A stretch of 64,000 bases of DNA from Octopus bimaculoides (GCF_001194135.2 NC_068982.1:168331220-168395219), one strand, 5' to 3'; positions 1-14,654 are shown, counted from the stretch's first letter. Numbers and translations: made by a program. The notes: generated by a model from the sequence alone, not told the origin.

Positions 1-774
1 ATATACGTATGTATATATGCCCGTGCCTTTGTGCGTGTACATACACACACACATACACACTCATTCTTTCACACACATATATGAGCGTGTATATGTTTAT
101 ATGTATATATAATATATATATATATATGAGACCCGGGGGGGGGGGAGAGAGAGAGAGAAATGAAACATAGTGAGGTAAAAGGGTGATAGAACTATCTATA
201 TATTTCGTGTGCCTGCACAGACTAATTGTATATGTGTCTACATGCGTACAATCTTATGCGCATGTGTGTGTGTGTGTAGCTTATTGTTCATCGTCAAAGC
301 CATTTCCAATGATGTTATACGCTGTTATTGAAGAGATGGTTATTGAAAACTTCATTGATTGACAAAGATGAGATTTTTTTGCCTCGTTTCCTATCCCATA
401 TAGTTTTGAGCTTCAGTCTAGCTGGTTTGGGCTCTTCAGTTTTCAATAGTTTATTATCTACGCACATTAAAGTAAATTAATAAAGACGCTTACATTTTAG
501 GAGTAGAGTAACCTGAAGAGTTTGTCATACGTTGATTGATGAAAATATTATAAAACATCAGAGTATAAAAGAGTCACCAAATATCCGCAGTGCCCTAGAT
601 TATGATCTCTTTCTATCTTCTTTTAGCTAACAAAGTTTTTTGTAGTTGCATATAAATCAATATAAAACTAGTTCTTTTTTAAATATAACAATGGCTATAT
701 GTATACAAAAAGTTATTTTTCCAACATGATAAGAGCGAAACAAATAATAAAAATAGGCGAGAGAGAGAGAGGGG

Positions 775-811
<37 letters not shown>

Positions 812-1083
812 TGAGAGAGAAAAGGAGAGACAGAAAGAGAAATAAAGAGACAGAGATAGACAGATATAAACATAGACAAAGACGGTTAAAGATATCTAGA
901 TACTTACATAATATATTCAATGATCGACGGACAGGCAGATCGATTAATAGATAGATGAATACATAAATAGATAGACAAATAACTAGATAAGTATATAAAG
1001 AGAAAGACGAAAAGCTAGGTAGCTAACTCGATAGACAAACAGACACACAGATACTTAGGTAGATATTTAGGTAGATATTTAGG

Positions 1084-1130
<47 letters not shown>

Positions 1131-1521
1131 TGAGATCGATAAACAACGAAAGATATAGTACATATCCCATGGCAGTAATACAAGTAAAATAATTATAATT
1201 CTTACAGTTGAATGTATCATAAGTTCAATGTGTCATAAGCGATATAAACGCGAAGTCGAAAACTAATCAGATATTCAGCTATTTTCTTAATTAAAATACC
1301 GGTATTTATTACTGCTTTATTTGTTATAACCAACGAAATAAATTAGTGTACTACTTAATCTCTTTCATCGGTTTGCCTTCCTTGGCATAGAATTGGACAT
1401 CAAGATATTCAAGTAGACGCGAGATATATTTATATCCTTGCAAGAACTACTTAGTTATATCCAATGAAGGCGCTTCAGCTATAATCAGCTTCACAATCAA
1501 TTCCATCAAATCATTTTACTA

Positions 1522-1578
<57 letters not shown>

Positions 1579-2729
1579 TATACACACACACGCACACATA
1601 CATACACACGCAGAAATAAGAAATATAACATTCGTCTAATTTATTAACAAAATCATCTAGAGCATGAGAAAGACAAAAATAAATTATTATTCTCCAGTTG
1701 ATAAACATTGCGTTAAGTAAGAACAATCGTGTTTCATTAATTATGTTTTCTTTGTATAAGCTAATTGGCCTATTACTTCCGGTCATTTAGTTTTGCTTTA
1801 ATAAGCTGATTAAGTAATTTTACATTACTTTCATTACCGCCATTGTTTGATTGTTTTTTCCGAATTACTAAATTCATTGTGTCCCTTTTAGCAATTCTAA
1901 CGATAATAGGGTTACAAACACGATATGTTGAGGCCTATAATCGGCGAAGAAAAAGATTTAGTCTATCACTTCAGCAATATATTCCCCTGCAATATTTGTT
2001 TCTTCACTTAAACTGCCAAGAAGAATGGCACTAAGCAATTACTTGCATAAATGATCCCAGAAAATGACTGTTCGCCAATATTGCTCTGAACTTTCATTTT
2101 TATTATCTGTTTATTCTAAGCAAAGACTGCTGAATGTTGAATTTTAGTTGCCCAAGTTTCACTGGGAGATTCCGAAACACACTTTTGGATAATTAACAAA
2201 AGTGAGTTAGTGGGAAATAATTCAAGTTGACTGCTGGCATTTTAATTATGCAAATTACAGCTGACTCAGAAACTTCAAAATTCGCTTCTCTGAGTGAAAA
2301 CGTCCGTCGATTTATCAAGCAAGCTCAAATTTTAAAAAGCCTGGTCTGACGAAATCCAATGAAAGCGAAACATATCTACAACTATCACTATGACTAATAC
2401 CATGTACATTAATTTTGCGAAATCCTTTCTTTATATCTTGAAATTATTATGCCTTTCTCTCAGAGAAGCTAACACTAGGAAATTCAGAAGCTACATAAGC
2501 TGACATAAGGGACAATAAAACCTTTGGTGCTATTTTTGTTTACCATCAGCTCAACACTGACTCATCAGACTTATATTCAATGGCGTATCATTCAGACTAT
2601 CCACTATTCTGTTTCTACGTGTGCATTAATGAATGCATCATTTTTGAGACTTTGTGTTCTAACTTCAGGAAGATTTTCCCGCCCTTTCTCGTAAGATCTC
2701 TCCCTGGATCATTTTAAATGATCTTGTCT

Positions 2730-2870
2730 GTATATGTACACAACGGTTGAGTGGATCATATGCAAGTTTCTTACAGCGCTAGAGTTGCCAGATTGCGTTC
2801 AAGTAAATGCGCTGATATACACTTTGGGAAATGCCATAACATTTTCAAGCCTAATGACTGCGACGGAAAG
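2730..2870 (+). mobile_element. Degenerate Gypsy-type LTR retrotransposon gag remnant
   Basis: Translation EWIICKFLTALELPDCVQVNALIYTLG resembles the recalled QVxTLIYxMG motif of Ty3/Gypsy gag N-termini. Confidence 0.4.
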
Positions 2871-2978
2871 AATGAAAGATTTGTGCAGTGGTAGGATGAC
2901 AAGCTTACTGAAAATGACGTGAGATTTATGGATTTACAGTATTGAAATCTGAACATCCTAGTCGAATGAATGACTTAC

Positions 2979-3042
2979 CCTTTCCAAGTGGAAATACAGC
3001 TAGCTGTTCTTCCAGTTTGGTGTGTCTGTATCTGTTTAATGG
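2979..3042 (-). CDS. Weak candidate exon (64 nt, phase 0-1): PLNRYRHTKLEEQLAVFPLGK
   Basis: Consensus donor AAGG|gtaagt, acceptor gtgttccgccag; open frame. Confidence 0.28.
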
Positions 3043-3458
3043 CTGGCGGAACACAGGATTAGGTCGATATTAAAAATGAACCATGACATTAATTCAAGTA
3101 ATTAGTAATTTAAATTTTGGAGAAATCTCAATAGTATTGATTCACCAAGTTGAATAGTTGATTTTCAATGAGCATAGACTTTAAATTAGAAGACGCTAAA
3201 TGTCAAAATGAACATTTGGATATTATCAACTTCGTGATGAAAGTTATTGCTGGCTTATTCGAAATCAATCTAGATTATAGACAACATTGGAATAGTAGTA
3301 TTCAGGAGAGTTGTATTTCCAATGAATTTTTTATGGAAATTATATTAAAAAAAAAAATTATATAATTACAACGCCATTTCCGATCCGTACGGCACCAACA
3401 TGAAAATAGAATGTGAAACTACTAAACCAAGATAATGGTCAATAAGGGAATATTTTAA

Positions 3459-3459
<1 letters not shown>

Positions 3460-3510
<51 letters not shown>

Positions 3511-5564
3511 GTCTTATATTTATCACGTGCTTTCACTGCACTACCGAACGCAGCTCTGTGTGCCTTGGGTATGTGCTGTGGTTTGCTGTGATGCTCTTAT
3601 TTTTACTGTATTGGAAGTGTTTTACGTGGATGTGTGCGATGCCAAGTTGTGCTATTTTTTCTATGCTATATATACTTGTAAGTCCTGATGTTTTTGTTAT
3701 GTAATTGTCCAAATATTGTTTTATCAAACCTAACGCGCCTACTATGATAGGAATTGTTTCTGTTTTTAGACTCCACATTCGAGTTACCTCTATTTCCAAG
3801 TCTTTGTACTTTGAAAGTTTCTCCGTTTTTCTTTTAGAGAAATATTGTCATCTGTTGGTATTGATACATCGATTAGAAAGCACTTTTTCTTGATGATCTC
3901 CGACAACTAAATCTAGCCTTTTGGTCTTAATTTCTCTAACTGTGTGTATTGGCATATCACATAATATGGCTGCTTTCTCATTTTCTGTGACCTTTACTGG
4001 CGTGTACCTATACCATCTTTTTTCTGTTCTTATTCCATGGTGTTGGCATAGCTTCCAGTGTATATTGGTAGCAACTCTCTCGTACCTGTGAATATATTGC
4101 TTCTTAGCCAGGACTGGGCATCCAGAGACGACGTGATTTATTGTTTCTTTCCATCTCCACATATTCTGTAATTACTTGTATTTCTTTTCATTACATGTTT
4201 TTGGTAATTTCTTGTGGGCAGGCTTTGGTCTTGTGCTGCAATTAAATATTCTTCAGTCGCTGCTTTGAGTCCTGAGCTTCTTAGCCATTGTTGCGACTTT
4301 GCTTCGTCAATTTCTTTCCTGTTTATTTTAACTAAGTATTTGCCGTGATGGGGATTTTCTTGCCATCGTTCTATTATGATCCGTTGCCGTTCCAGTTTCA
4401 GTTTGGATTTCAGTTGTTTTACAACTTATGCTGTTTCTACTTTTTCTTCATAGTTGTTAGGTATTATGACTTCTTTTTTGTATTTCCCAGCTTCCTTAAA
4501 GTCTGAAAACAATGTTTTTTTTGTTTTGTTCGTGTCTTGTGGCTATTTGTATTAGTTTTCCTTGCTTCTGAAGTAGGTATTTCCGTAGTCCGTTGGTGCT
4601 TATTTTGTAATAGATTTTTAGCTGTTTAAGACCTCTACTATATACGTTGTATATATAAACTGTCTATGTCAGATATTGTCTGGTGCATCCTAAATCCTGT
4701 CATTAAGAAGTGGTTGATTGTTTTACCGTAACAGTTGTATCCACATCGAGTTCTGTTTAGCATGTCAGATAAAAGCGTCACTGCTAAGCAGAAAAGGAAT
4801 GGAGAGAGTGTGTCTCCCTGGAATATTCTTCATTTAATGGAGATGGCTTTGGTTTCTATGAGTCCCTCTTTTGTCTGGAGTTGTAGCACTGCCTGCCATT
4901 TATTCATGGAATGTTTTTCTATATTTTATGATTATTGGCGCTACCTTATTCATGGCTAGTGTTTCTAAGATTCACGCCTTTCGATAATCGATCCAGGCCA
5001 TACTTAGACCCTTCTTCTTTCTGTGGATGTCTTTAGTTATGGCTATATTGATCAGTAGCTGATCTTTACAACCGTATAAGCCCTGGCAGCATCTCTTCTG
5101 CTCTTCCGAAAACAGTTTGTTTTCTTCCAGATGCTTACTAATTCTCTGCGATATTATTGCAGGAAAGGCTTTGTAAATTGTAGGGAGACAAGTTATGGAG
5201 TTGCCGTTTCAGTGGTTTCGGGAATTAGGATGGTTTTGTCTTCCGTGAGCCATTCAGGTATTGTCTCTGGCTCTCCTTTTATTTCATAAAATTTGTCAGC
5301 CAGCTTTTTATATGTTCCTGTTAGGTGTTTTAACCAAAAGTTAGGAACTTATCTTGCCCAGGTGCCTTCCAGCTGCTTAGTTTTTGCAGTGTCCTGGTTG
5401 ATCTCTTCAGTTGTTATAGGGATCCACAGTTGTTCAGGTGTTGTTTTCGTTGTTTTGATAGACCTTTGCTGGGGTTGTTCTTTCGCCGACCATATCTCTT
5501 TCAAAAATTCTTCTATTTCGTCTGTTGTTAGGGCTGCATTAATCTCTATTTCCTTTTCGCAAAG

Positions 5565-5565
<1 letters not shown>
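3460..5565 (-). mobile_element. 5'-truncated, degenerate R4/Dong-like RLE non-LTR retrotransposon
   Basis: RT motifs (AWIDY, IFQGDTLS), ETINHVVSGCPVLAK zinc-knuckle region, TIPIIVGALG C-terminus, 3' UTR and (TAA)n tail; multiple frameshifts. Confidence 0.88.
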
Positions 5566-5775
<210 letters not shown>

Positions 5776-6555
5776 GCATGTGTTGATTGACAAGCCCTAT
5801 TACAAGTAATTAGATTCTGAGTCTTAACCAATTCTGCTGATTCGGACTGATTTTGTGGAAAATGAATATGAGTATAAGTAAGAGAGGAGTCTCGGTAGTT
5901 TAACTGTTAGATTGTTTGATGTCGGTTATATAATGGCTAGATGATACATACATACATCACATTTAATACTTTTATTAGAAATTTTACTTGCATTGTAAAA
6001 TAGTTTATTTGAAAACTATGTAAGAAATATTTACCGCGATATACTTACGTCCTTTTCATTTTTGAGATAAAATCTCGTTTGAATCACACTATATATTTCA
6101 TTGTTGTGATTAAATTATAATTTGTCAAACACTGATGTTGATTGTAACTCTCTCCAAACATTAGTAGAGTTTCGTTATTTAATTAATATTATATTCCATT
6201 TTGTTTAGAAATGCTATATGTAACTTTATTTTCGAATTATTTCGATCGAGTCACTAAAGAAATGGATATGTCCTGGGTTTATATATTTTCTGTTTCAAAT
6301 ATTTACTAACACGAACGATCACCATTTTGTAAACGGTAAATTGAAGCATCATTCTATCTATCCATTAATCCGCCTCTCTCACTCCCTCTAGCTCACTCTC
6401 TTTGTTCACACACATGCACACTCATACATGCAAAGTGCATGTATGTGCATACATATATATTTTAGACTCACGTGTATGTATACTTATACACATCCCTACA
6501 CACAGATATATATATATATATATATTCTTATATCCATATATGCATATATATTTAC

Positions 6556-6587
<32 letters not shown>

Positions 6588-6759
6588 GTGTACCCATATA
6601 ATACACAATATATATATATATATGTATNNNNNNNNNNNNNNNNNNNNNNNNNNNNNNNNNNNNNNNNNNNNNNNNNNNNNNNNNNNNNNNNNNNNNNNNN
6701 NNNNNNNNNNNNNNNNNNNNNNNNNNNNNNNNNNNNNNNNNNNNNNNNNNNNNNNNNNN

Positions 6760-6792
<33 letters not shown>

Positions 6793-6811
6793 TATATATA
6801 TATTTGGGTGG

Positions 6812-7130
6812 GAATGGTTCTGTTATACAGTGCCGTGTCCGTTAAATAATAATAATGGTGTGTATATAATCTTAAAGCTAATGGTGATCACCGTGAAATG
6901 ACCAAGGAAAATAGTCTTATAAAGGGGTATATAAACACTCGACAGATAACTCTAGCTTTTCTATCTGCGTAAAGCCTTCTTTTTTCTGTCGAGGGCTTAT
7001 GTGCCCCTTTATTAAACAATTTTCCTTAGTCATTGCACGGTGATCGTCATAAACTTTAAGCTTATATAAACACCATTATTATTATTATTAACAGGATTGT
7101 AAAACACAGCACCGTATGACAAATCCATTC
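6812..7130. repeat. Diverged fold-back element: about 135-145-bp arms, about 40-nt spacer
   Basis: gatcaccgtgaaatgaccaaggaaaat pairs with attttccttagtcattgcacggtgatc, and complementarity continues outward. Confidence 0.85.
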
Positions 7131-7414
7131 GTACCGAAAGACCATAGATACATACGTACATACATATATACATACATATATACATACATGCATGGATACA
7201 TACATGCATGCCTACATAGACACATACACACATACATACATACATGACCATGGGAATGCTCCTAGAAAGTTATCCTCTGAGGTACAAGTCCGGACAGATA
7301 TTTTATGGAAGGACAGCAGTCATCCATACATACCAGACTACACTCTCCACGGCACCGATATTATCCAAGGGAAAGAAAAAGGTTGGTACAGCTTGACACC
7401 AGTCTCGTTGCAAC

Positions 7415-7545
7415 TCATTTCTACAGCTGGAGCAACGTGAAATAAAGTGTATTGCTCAAGAGCACACACACAGCCCATTCTGGGAATCGAACTCACTACT
7501 TCATGATTGTGCGACCGACGCTCTAACCAATGAGTAATCAATGAG
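7415..7545 (-). mobile_element. tRNA-derived SINE fragment (related copy at 35785-35860)
   Basis: gggaatcgaactcactac(t/c)tcatgattgtg B-box region shared between copies. Confidence 0.7.
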
Positions 7546-8051
7546 CCATTCACCTTCGTACATACATACACATATATGCATATTTACACACGTAGACTAA
7601 CGAACATATATGTACGGAAAAGAAACTATAGTATATTAAGAAAACCTTAAGTATATTAGTCTTTACATTTTTAGTGTAAGGAGTGTTATACTACTAAGTT
7701 TCTCTGAATTAGCTGAACAAGGTATATGTGGTTGAGAATGCTTCATATTGTTACCACATATGTGTTTATGTACAACTCCGTTCTTGATATTGCTACTGGA
7801 GGTTTTGAATATAAGAATGATAGAATTTCGTACTACTATTCCTTAGATTTTGAGAAGTACCGACCTTTCCAGAATGGTCTCCTTATCCTTTGGGACAATG
7901 TAATTAATTTTATCATTCAGTCCATTTCCTTTCATTGTCTTATTGTAATATTCAGCGCTACTATTAAATACTTGCTCATTAACCGAAAATTTAGATTTAG
8001 AACGAAATATTTCTAGCTAGATTATGATACACACGCTCACACACACACACA

Positions 8052-8153
<102 letters not shown>

Positions 8154-9254
8154 ACTGAGAGAGAGGTAGGAATATAATGCGATAATTTCCATTTTTGCAA
8201 GGTAATTATTTTCTGTAGGAGTCAATAGTTAATTGACCCGACCATAGAGATTGCATTTATATTATCATTGATATTCAAAGGATTTGATTTCAGAAATATA
8301 GACACTGTAAATGGGTTGCATGTAATATCAATTATCCCTCTCTTTTTTCTGTAAGAGTTGGGAAGGTAAAAGAAAGAAATACAGATTTTTCTTTGAATGG
8401 TCACTTCCTGAAATTTCATTTGATGTTTATTTTATCTAATCTTTCATCTAGGTGTAGAATAAACCATCATTAAATATTTCTGCATTTAGTTATGATTTTC
8501 GACCCCACACTTCATTCGAATTGCTTCCCAGTTCAAAAGGAAAACTCACCAAAAAAAAAAAACATCTTAACTTGCCTACTTGCTACCCACTATTGCCAAT
8601 TCTTCAGTTTGTTGCACATTCTTTTTGACAGCAGAAGAATAACACTTGTTCGTGTCGTTGCATAAGTACACATGCAATTCTAACGTACTTTGATTAGTGA
8701 TCTTATATGAAAAGGAAGTTAAACATTTTCCGTTTTGGTTTTTCCTTTCAAAGCCACCATATATCTATTTCAGCCTGTATACTTCAACGAACATCTAATC
8801 TGTTGAAACTGAAGTGGAAATAAATGTACAGCAATGTACTTTTCTTATGTCCCAAATGCTGATATATATTAGAGATAGCAGTTATAGAAAAACCTTGTTA
8901 ATGGTTCGATAGTCATATACTGATATTTCTGAAAGTGTGCGTGCTTCGGTGTAACCACTGGTGTATTGCTTCATGGAAATGGGGCCACAACTTTAAAAGA
9001 AATCTTTTATGAAAGGCGATAATATAAAACAAAGGGCAGGAGAAAAATCTCATGAAGCAAATCTATTTTCTTTTCACTATACATCATTTTATTTGCAACA
9101 TCTTCAAATAGTATCGGCACTGATATTAATAACAACCGTGTGAATAGCAAAAAGAGGATCACGGCTGCTATCATAATTGTTTTCACCATTCGAAGCTACC
9201 TCACCAACCTAAATATTCTTACCTTCCTCTGAAATATTAATACTATTATCGTTA

Positions 9255-9331
<77 letters not shown>

Positions 9332-9985
9332 GTTATGAACAGTCAGAACTTATTTTGCTGGGTACGATTGAAACTGTCAGCTGTCCACAGACATCAGACT
9401 AAGGTAACACTTGTTTACTGGTCATGCTTCAAGGAGTCTGCGAAAGAATTCTTGCAGTTCCAAGCAATGCTGATTTTTGTAGGTGTTCTACCTTCGCACT
9501 CGCACCAATTATTGTTGGTACCACGTCTAATCTTCTCATTGACCACAAACTTCGTATTTCCCACTTCAAATCATGATAGCTGTTTATATTTTCTTCTTTC
9601 ACATTGATCCCGTTGTCACTGGGGCATGCTATATCGATTATCATGGTTGTTCTTTCTTTTTTATTCACCAGAACAATGTCTGGTTTCCGATGTCTGGTCG
9701 GATGATCGCCCTGGATCATTGTATCCCACAGAATCTTGCAATTCTCATTCTCGGTGACTCCTTCTGGGGTTTGCTCATACCACGTCTTTGCTCTTTGTAG
9801 GCCATGATTTTCAGAACTCCCAATGGATCATTCTTGACACATTGTCATGGCGTCATTTATATTCGCGTTCTGTCAATCTCGGGCACTCGCTAACGATGTA
9901 CCATGCCGTATTAGTGTCCATATCATCGATTATCTCCACCCTCAAAATATCAGCCATATGTAGGCCTATGTATTGTATATAAGTA
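9255..9985 (-). mobile_element. 3' fragment of a diverged R4/Dong-like LINE (RLE endonuclease domain)
   Basis: RKPDIVLVNKKERTTMIIDIACP...LQKSALLGTARIL PD-(D/E)xK-type motif followed by a (TAA)n tail. Confidence 0.85.
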
Positions 9986-11585
9986 TAAAGTATTTCAGGA
10001 TGGAGATCGGGAGAATCGGTAAAGTGTTAGGAAATATGCTTTACGGTATTTAGTTACGGTTCTTTACTTTACAAGATCAAATCACGACGAGGTCACTGTA
10101 AACTTTTAATTCTCTGAGGTCAGTAAAAGCAAGAGCTACTGTGGATTTAATCGATTGACCTCTCCCATGAATTTCAGGCTTTGGGTTAATATCAGAAAGA
10201 AATATTATGTTCGGTGAATTAGCTGATTAGTTAAAGCTGACGGGAGAAAATTATTTGCGACAGTTGTTGTAGCACTTGATGTTTAGTGTTCAAAGTCAGC
10301 TTTCTTTTTATCCCACCTGGCTTAGTGAAATAAAATATTAGTTAAGCATTGTGTGCCATCTAATTGACTAAATACCCCCAACAAATTCACGGTGTTGTGC
10401 TTATCTAAGATACAATCAATATTTTTGTTTTTTTCTTCTACTTGAATTCTTTTGTTTCCTACTAATTTTCATTATCTTGTCCATAATTTGAGATTTGACT
10501 TTCTATTAATATATATAATTTCTTAGATTTGCGGGCAATATTTTTATCGTTATACATTCTACAAATATCAATTAAATATATTTCAAATACCGAAAAATGC
10601 TTTGTTGGATTTAGGTTACAAAAAGATCCTCTCAGCCAACTTAAGTCACACTACGTTTTGCTGATACAAATATGCTAGTAGTTGTCTGCCTATTTAATAT
10701 TGATTTCAAACTCTGAGACTAAGCTAGTAATTTCGGTGAGGAGATAACTCGATTACATCGACCAGAGTGCTCAACTGGTACTTATTTTATTGACTTCGAA
10801 AGAATTAAAGATGGAATTTGAACTCGAAATGTGTAGACGGGCAAAATGGCGCCATACATTTTCCCCAGAGTGCTAACAATTCTGCTAGTTAATATTAGCA
10901 TCATAGAAGTCGTAGAATGCAGTCGAACACCAAATTGGTTCTCGTGGAGCTTTCGTCTTACATAACGTCATAATATCTTACAAGTATATATTCTGAAAAT
11001 ACCATAAGCAGAGATACGAAAATTCATCGCTTTACAGAAGTTTTCAAAATATTCTATGATGATTTTCCGATATAAAATTAAATGGTTCTTTTCAAATTAA
11101 GGGGTCACGTTGAACGTCCGAATTATTATAGTTTGCATGTTGATTGAACACAAAGTCATATAGCTACAACTATAAAGTGTTCATAATTCCAGTTAACATT
11201 AGCAAAGTAGCTACAATTGAATGTTTTAAATCTGTTGTTATAACCAACCGTTCCCCAACAATGAGCATTATGTTACATTAAATATATGCATATTTCCTTA
11301 AAATTTATCCGATAACATTTATCTGTATGTGTGGTTCAAAAAATGTTTAGTTTGGAACCCCATTTCAAAATCTGATTTGATACACTACACCATTTAATGT
11401 CAACCTCTGCAGTAGTTGACTTCAGATTCCGCCATATACCTATTGCCTGTGAAAACTGATTTTGTACATTGTTAATATAAATCGATATTACTTTAAAATT
11501 CATTCGAATAATATATCATAGCATGAAAAGCAGAATTGATTATCTTTATGAAAAATCTTAATGTTTTTATTTTTTTATTTTCGAC

Positions 11586-11646
<61 letters not shown>

Positions 11647-11920
11647 GTTGTTGTTGTTGTTGTTATTATTATTATTTTACAATATTGCGAGTGTGATGCA
11701 GATATTCAACGTCAATTATAGTCATTTAAGTCTTGCGCTAATAGAGGGCTAGCGTCGCCCTCTTGCAATGTCTATAAATAGCTTAAATAGCTGCTCCTAC
11801 AATTAAGATAATTAACAATATGTTCAATATTATAGAAGTTTCAGAAATCAAATATAATGGAATTTATTTTCTTGCGCATTGAGTTGTATCATAAATGTCA
11901 CGGCATCCCATATACCACTA

Positions 11921-12051
11921 CTAAATATCTCTGATGTCATGCTTATTTAAGAAATTATTTATCACTTTCTCTTGGTTACTATTCAACTCTAAATCAACAT
12001 CAACAACAATATCAAACGCAGATCTGTCTCTTTCACTCCAGTCTGCTACCA
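11921..12051 (-). CDS. Candidate terminal coding exon: (V)VADWSERDRSAFDIVVDVDLELNSNQEKVINNFLNKHDIRDI*
   Basis: Acceptor ataattatttttccag, phase 1 start, TAG stop, AATAAA about 50 nt downstream (11863-11868). Confidence 0.55.
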
Positions 12052-13022
12052 CTGGAAAAATAATTATCTCAGCGAAATTTGTTTTATGGCTTGAATGTAT
12101 AATTATTTCAAAAGTTGAAAACAAAGGCCAATTAATTATTCTAACAACTATACAGTTACCGAACCGAAATGTTTTCTGCTGGATATTAAGCAAATTACGA
12201 GTTAAAGAAATCATTTCTCAACGAATGGCGCATTGTTGTCGACTAACTATTATGCAGACACTTTTATGCCTGTCATTTTCTTTTTATAAGTAGTGCAAAA
12301 TTACTTAAATTCTTGAACGCTTTTCAAAAAAAAAAAAAATCATTTAAATTTTTAGTTAGTATGTTAGGTAATTCTATATATAAATTTAAATTATTTCAAA
12401 CCACAATATTATTTCAAATCACAATAATAAATTTGTAATGTGTTTTGGAAGCATAAATACCATTTCAAAATAAAATACTGATTTTTCTCTTTTTCTAAGG
12501 AAATTAAATTTGAAATTTCAAAAAATTGCTTTAAACTCAAATATGAAACAGTTTTTAGGTAATTTAATAAGTCTACATTATTTTATGAAATACTTAGAAC
12601 TATTTGATGTCATCTCATTAGAAAACTCGATTATGTTTTCTCAGCAGGCTAAAAGTTATTGCTTTTTTTTTTGTTTTTGTTTCTGTTTGCCGAGTAGCGC
12701 AATAAATTTAAATTATGCGATTTGTTACTACTCGATATCTACCTTAACTTTGAAGGAACATACTAAAGACTACATATGTAGGCGACGAATTGGTACAGTC
12801 AATAGTGAATCACACTCAATGCCTTGGGATATTATTTCTATATCTTATACTTCAAATTCAAATCCCTAATTTATTCTTTTTGGAGCAGAAACTAAAGTAC
12901 CACTATGGGCAGTGAATAGGGGAAAATAGTAAAAATGATGAACCAATTTCAGTTATCATTTCAATGACCCAACCTCAATGCTTATTTGGACGGTAGGCTT
13001 AAATATGTGGAGCTTTGGATAC

Positions 13023-13093
13023 CTTTAGCCGAGTCCACTCTTTGGCGAGTATTCGGAAGGATTCTACTTTCCACCCCATCAGTCTTGAAGACC
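13023..13093 (-). CDS. Candidate penultimate exon (71 nt, phase 2-1): VFKTDGVESRILPNTRQRVDSAK
   Basis: Acceptor gacactttacag, donor AAG|gtatcc; locally GC-richer; phase joins the terminal exon. Confidence 0.55.
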
Positions 13094-14028
13094 CTGTAAA
13101 GTGTCATGATAATTGCATTTCTGATTGAAAAGATACTTTTGTAAAAGTCGGTGTTCTATGTTTCGACGTCTCGCTGTCTCCATTAAATTGCTGAGAACCT
13201 TTTAGTTAATTTTTTGACAAATAATATCATGAATTTCAACGTAATCAACGTAATGAAAATTAAATAACTATATTTTTAAAGTGATGTTTCGAATATAGAT
13301 GAAGATGAATTTGAAAGCTTAATAATTTAAGAGCAGAAAATTTTCCCACATAGACGAAACAATCTAAATTGTCAATTCAAAACCTAGTCTACTCTTTTAT
13401 TACGGTGTATATTCCAGGATTCCACAAGACATATTTGGGTTTCGGATAGTCATTAATTTATACATAAGTGGCAGTAATCATTGCCTTTTGAGTAACAGAA
13501 TAGTATAAATGAATAATGTAAGTATAAATAAAATTACAAAAAGCTGTAATAATGAGGTTGAAAAAATGTATTGCACAATCGTTCGAATTTTAATTACAAG
13601 ACGTCGAATGATAATTGATACATATATATAAAGGTAAAGGAACAATCAGTCAGCACGTTGAGAAAAGTAGATATGTTTGTAGTATCAACGAGAGAGAAGA
13701 GTGGTTAATATATTTGTGTCACTGATAGAAGTCATTTAGCTAGACGTGTGTTTAATGGTTGTCGAAGAGTGTGTAATCGGTTAACTTCCAAGTGCTCTAG
13801 AATATTGAATATTTGTATTTTTATAAGCTTTTAGAAATTTAAATAATTTAGACTCTGAAAAAGTGACCTGCCCTTTAAATGGTAATACATATTCTTACTA
13901 TTTAAGATATTATACATATTTTAAGATCTAAAGCATATTGCCTTGAAATATTATAACAACTAAAGCATATTGCCTAGAAATATTAATTTATCCTGATGTA
14001 TTTCTATTAGCAAATTTGTCTTGCTTAC

Positions 14029-14053
14029 TTGTTTTCTACATTATTTTGAGGTT
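14029..14053 (-). CDS. Candidate small exon (25 nt, phase 1-2): xPQNNVEN(K)
   Basis: Acceptor attatttgcttatag, donor CAA|gtaagc; phase matches the 13093 exon. Confidence 0.4.
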
Positions 14054-14654
14054 CTATAAGCAAATAATCGAACTAAATAGTGAAATGTTCAGAAAAGAAT
14101 CCCATTAATCCATACTCAGAACTGATTAAGTTGCAGTATATCTGGAGAATACAATTATACAATGTATTCTAAAACTAATATGGCTGTCTCAGATGCAAAT
14201 TGTATCCATGTGTTGATCTACTCAGAGCATCTGATTTATAAATATTTCAGGAAATGATATAATTATAAAGGACAGATTATTTTTATGTTTTTATTGCCAT
14301 GCTGTTCTCTTTTTCTTTACAGTCAGATAAAATAGAATTCTCACTACTCTTGAGACTTTTATCCATTCACTCACTTAAGCTCTTCATTTACGCTTTCAAT
14401 CTACAATGTAGTTTCCAGTATCAAACTTGATCAATATAAAACAATCCACGGGAGCATTTTAAGATTTTGTCCTGTCAGGAGAAAGCACGATTAGATCATT
14501 TTATTACGTAATTTATTACTTTTCATGTCTCAATCTGAATATAAACACTCAAATTTGCTATTAGACCCTCTGAAGTCAATAGTGTATGTGTATTAATCTC
14601 ACCTGCTTTCTTCTTACTTTACATATTGAAGTGTTTATTGTATTTTTAACTCCA

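Noticed and set aside
9223-9228. 6-nt microexon ttcag|AGGAAG|gtaaga on the minus strand
   Set aside because: No polypyrimidine tract; upstream is a LINE (TAA)n tail; likely chance.
13928-13985. Short tandem duplication (similar ones near 12400 and 19770) as a CRISPR-like array
   Set aside because: Only two units, no unique spacers, eukaryotic context.
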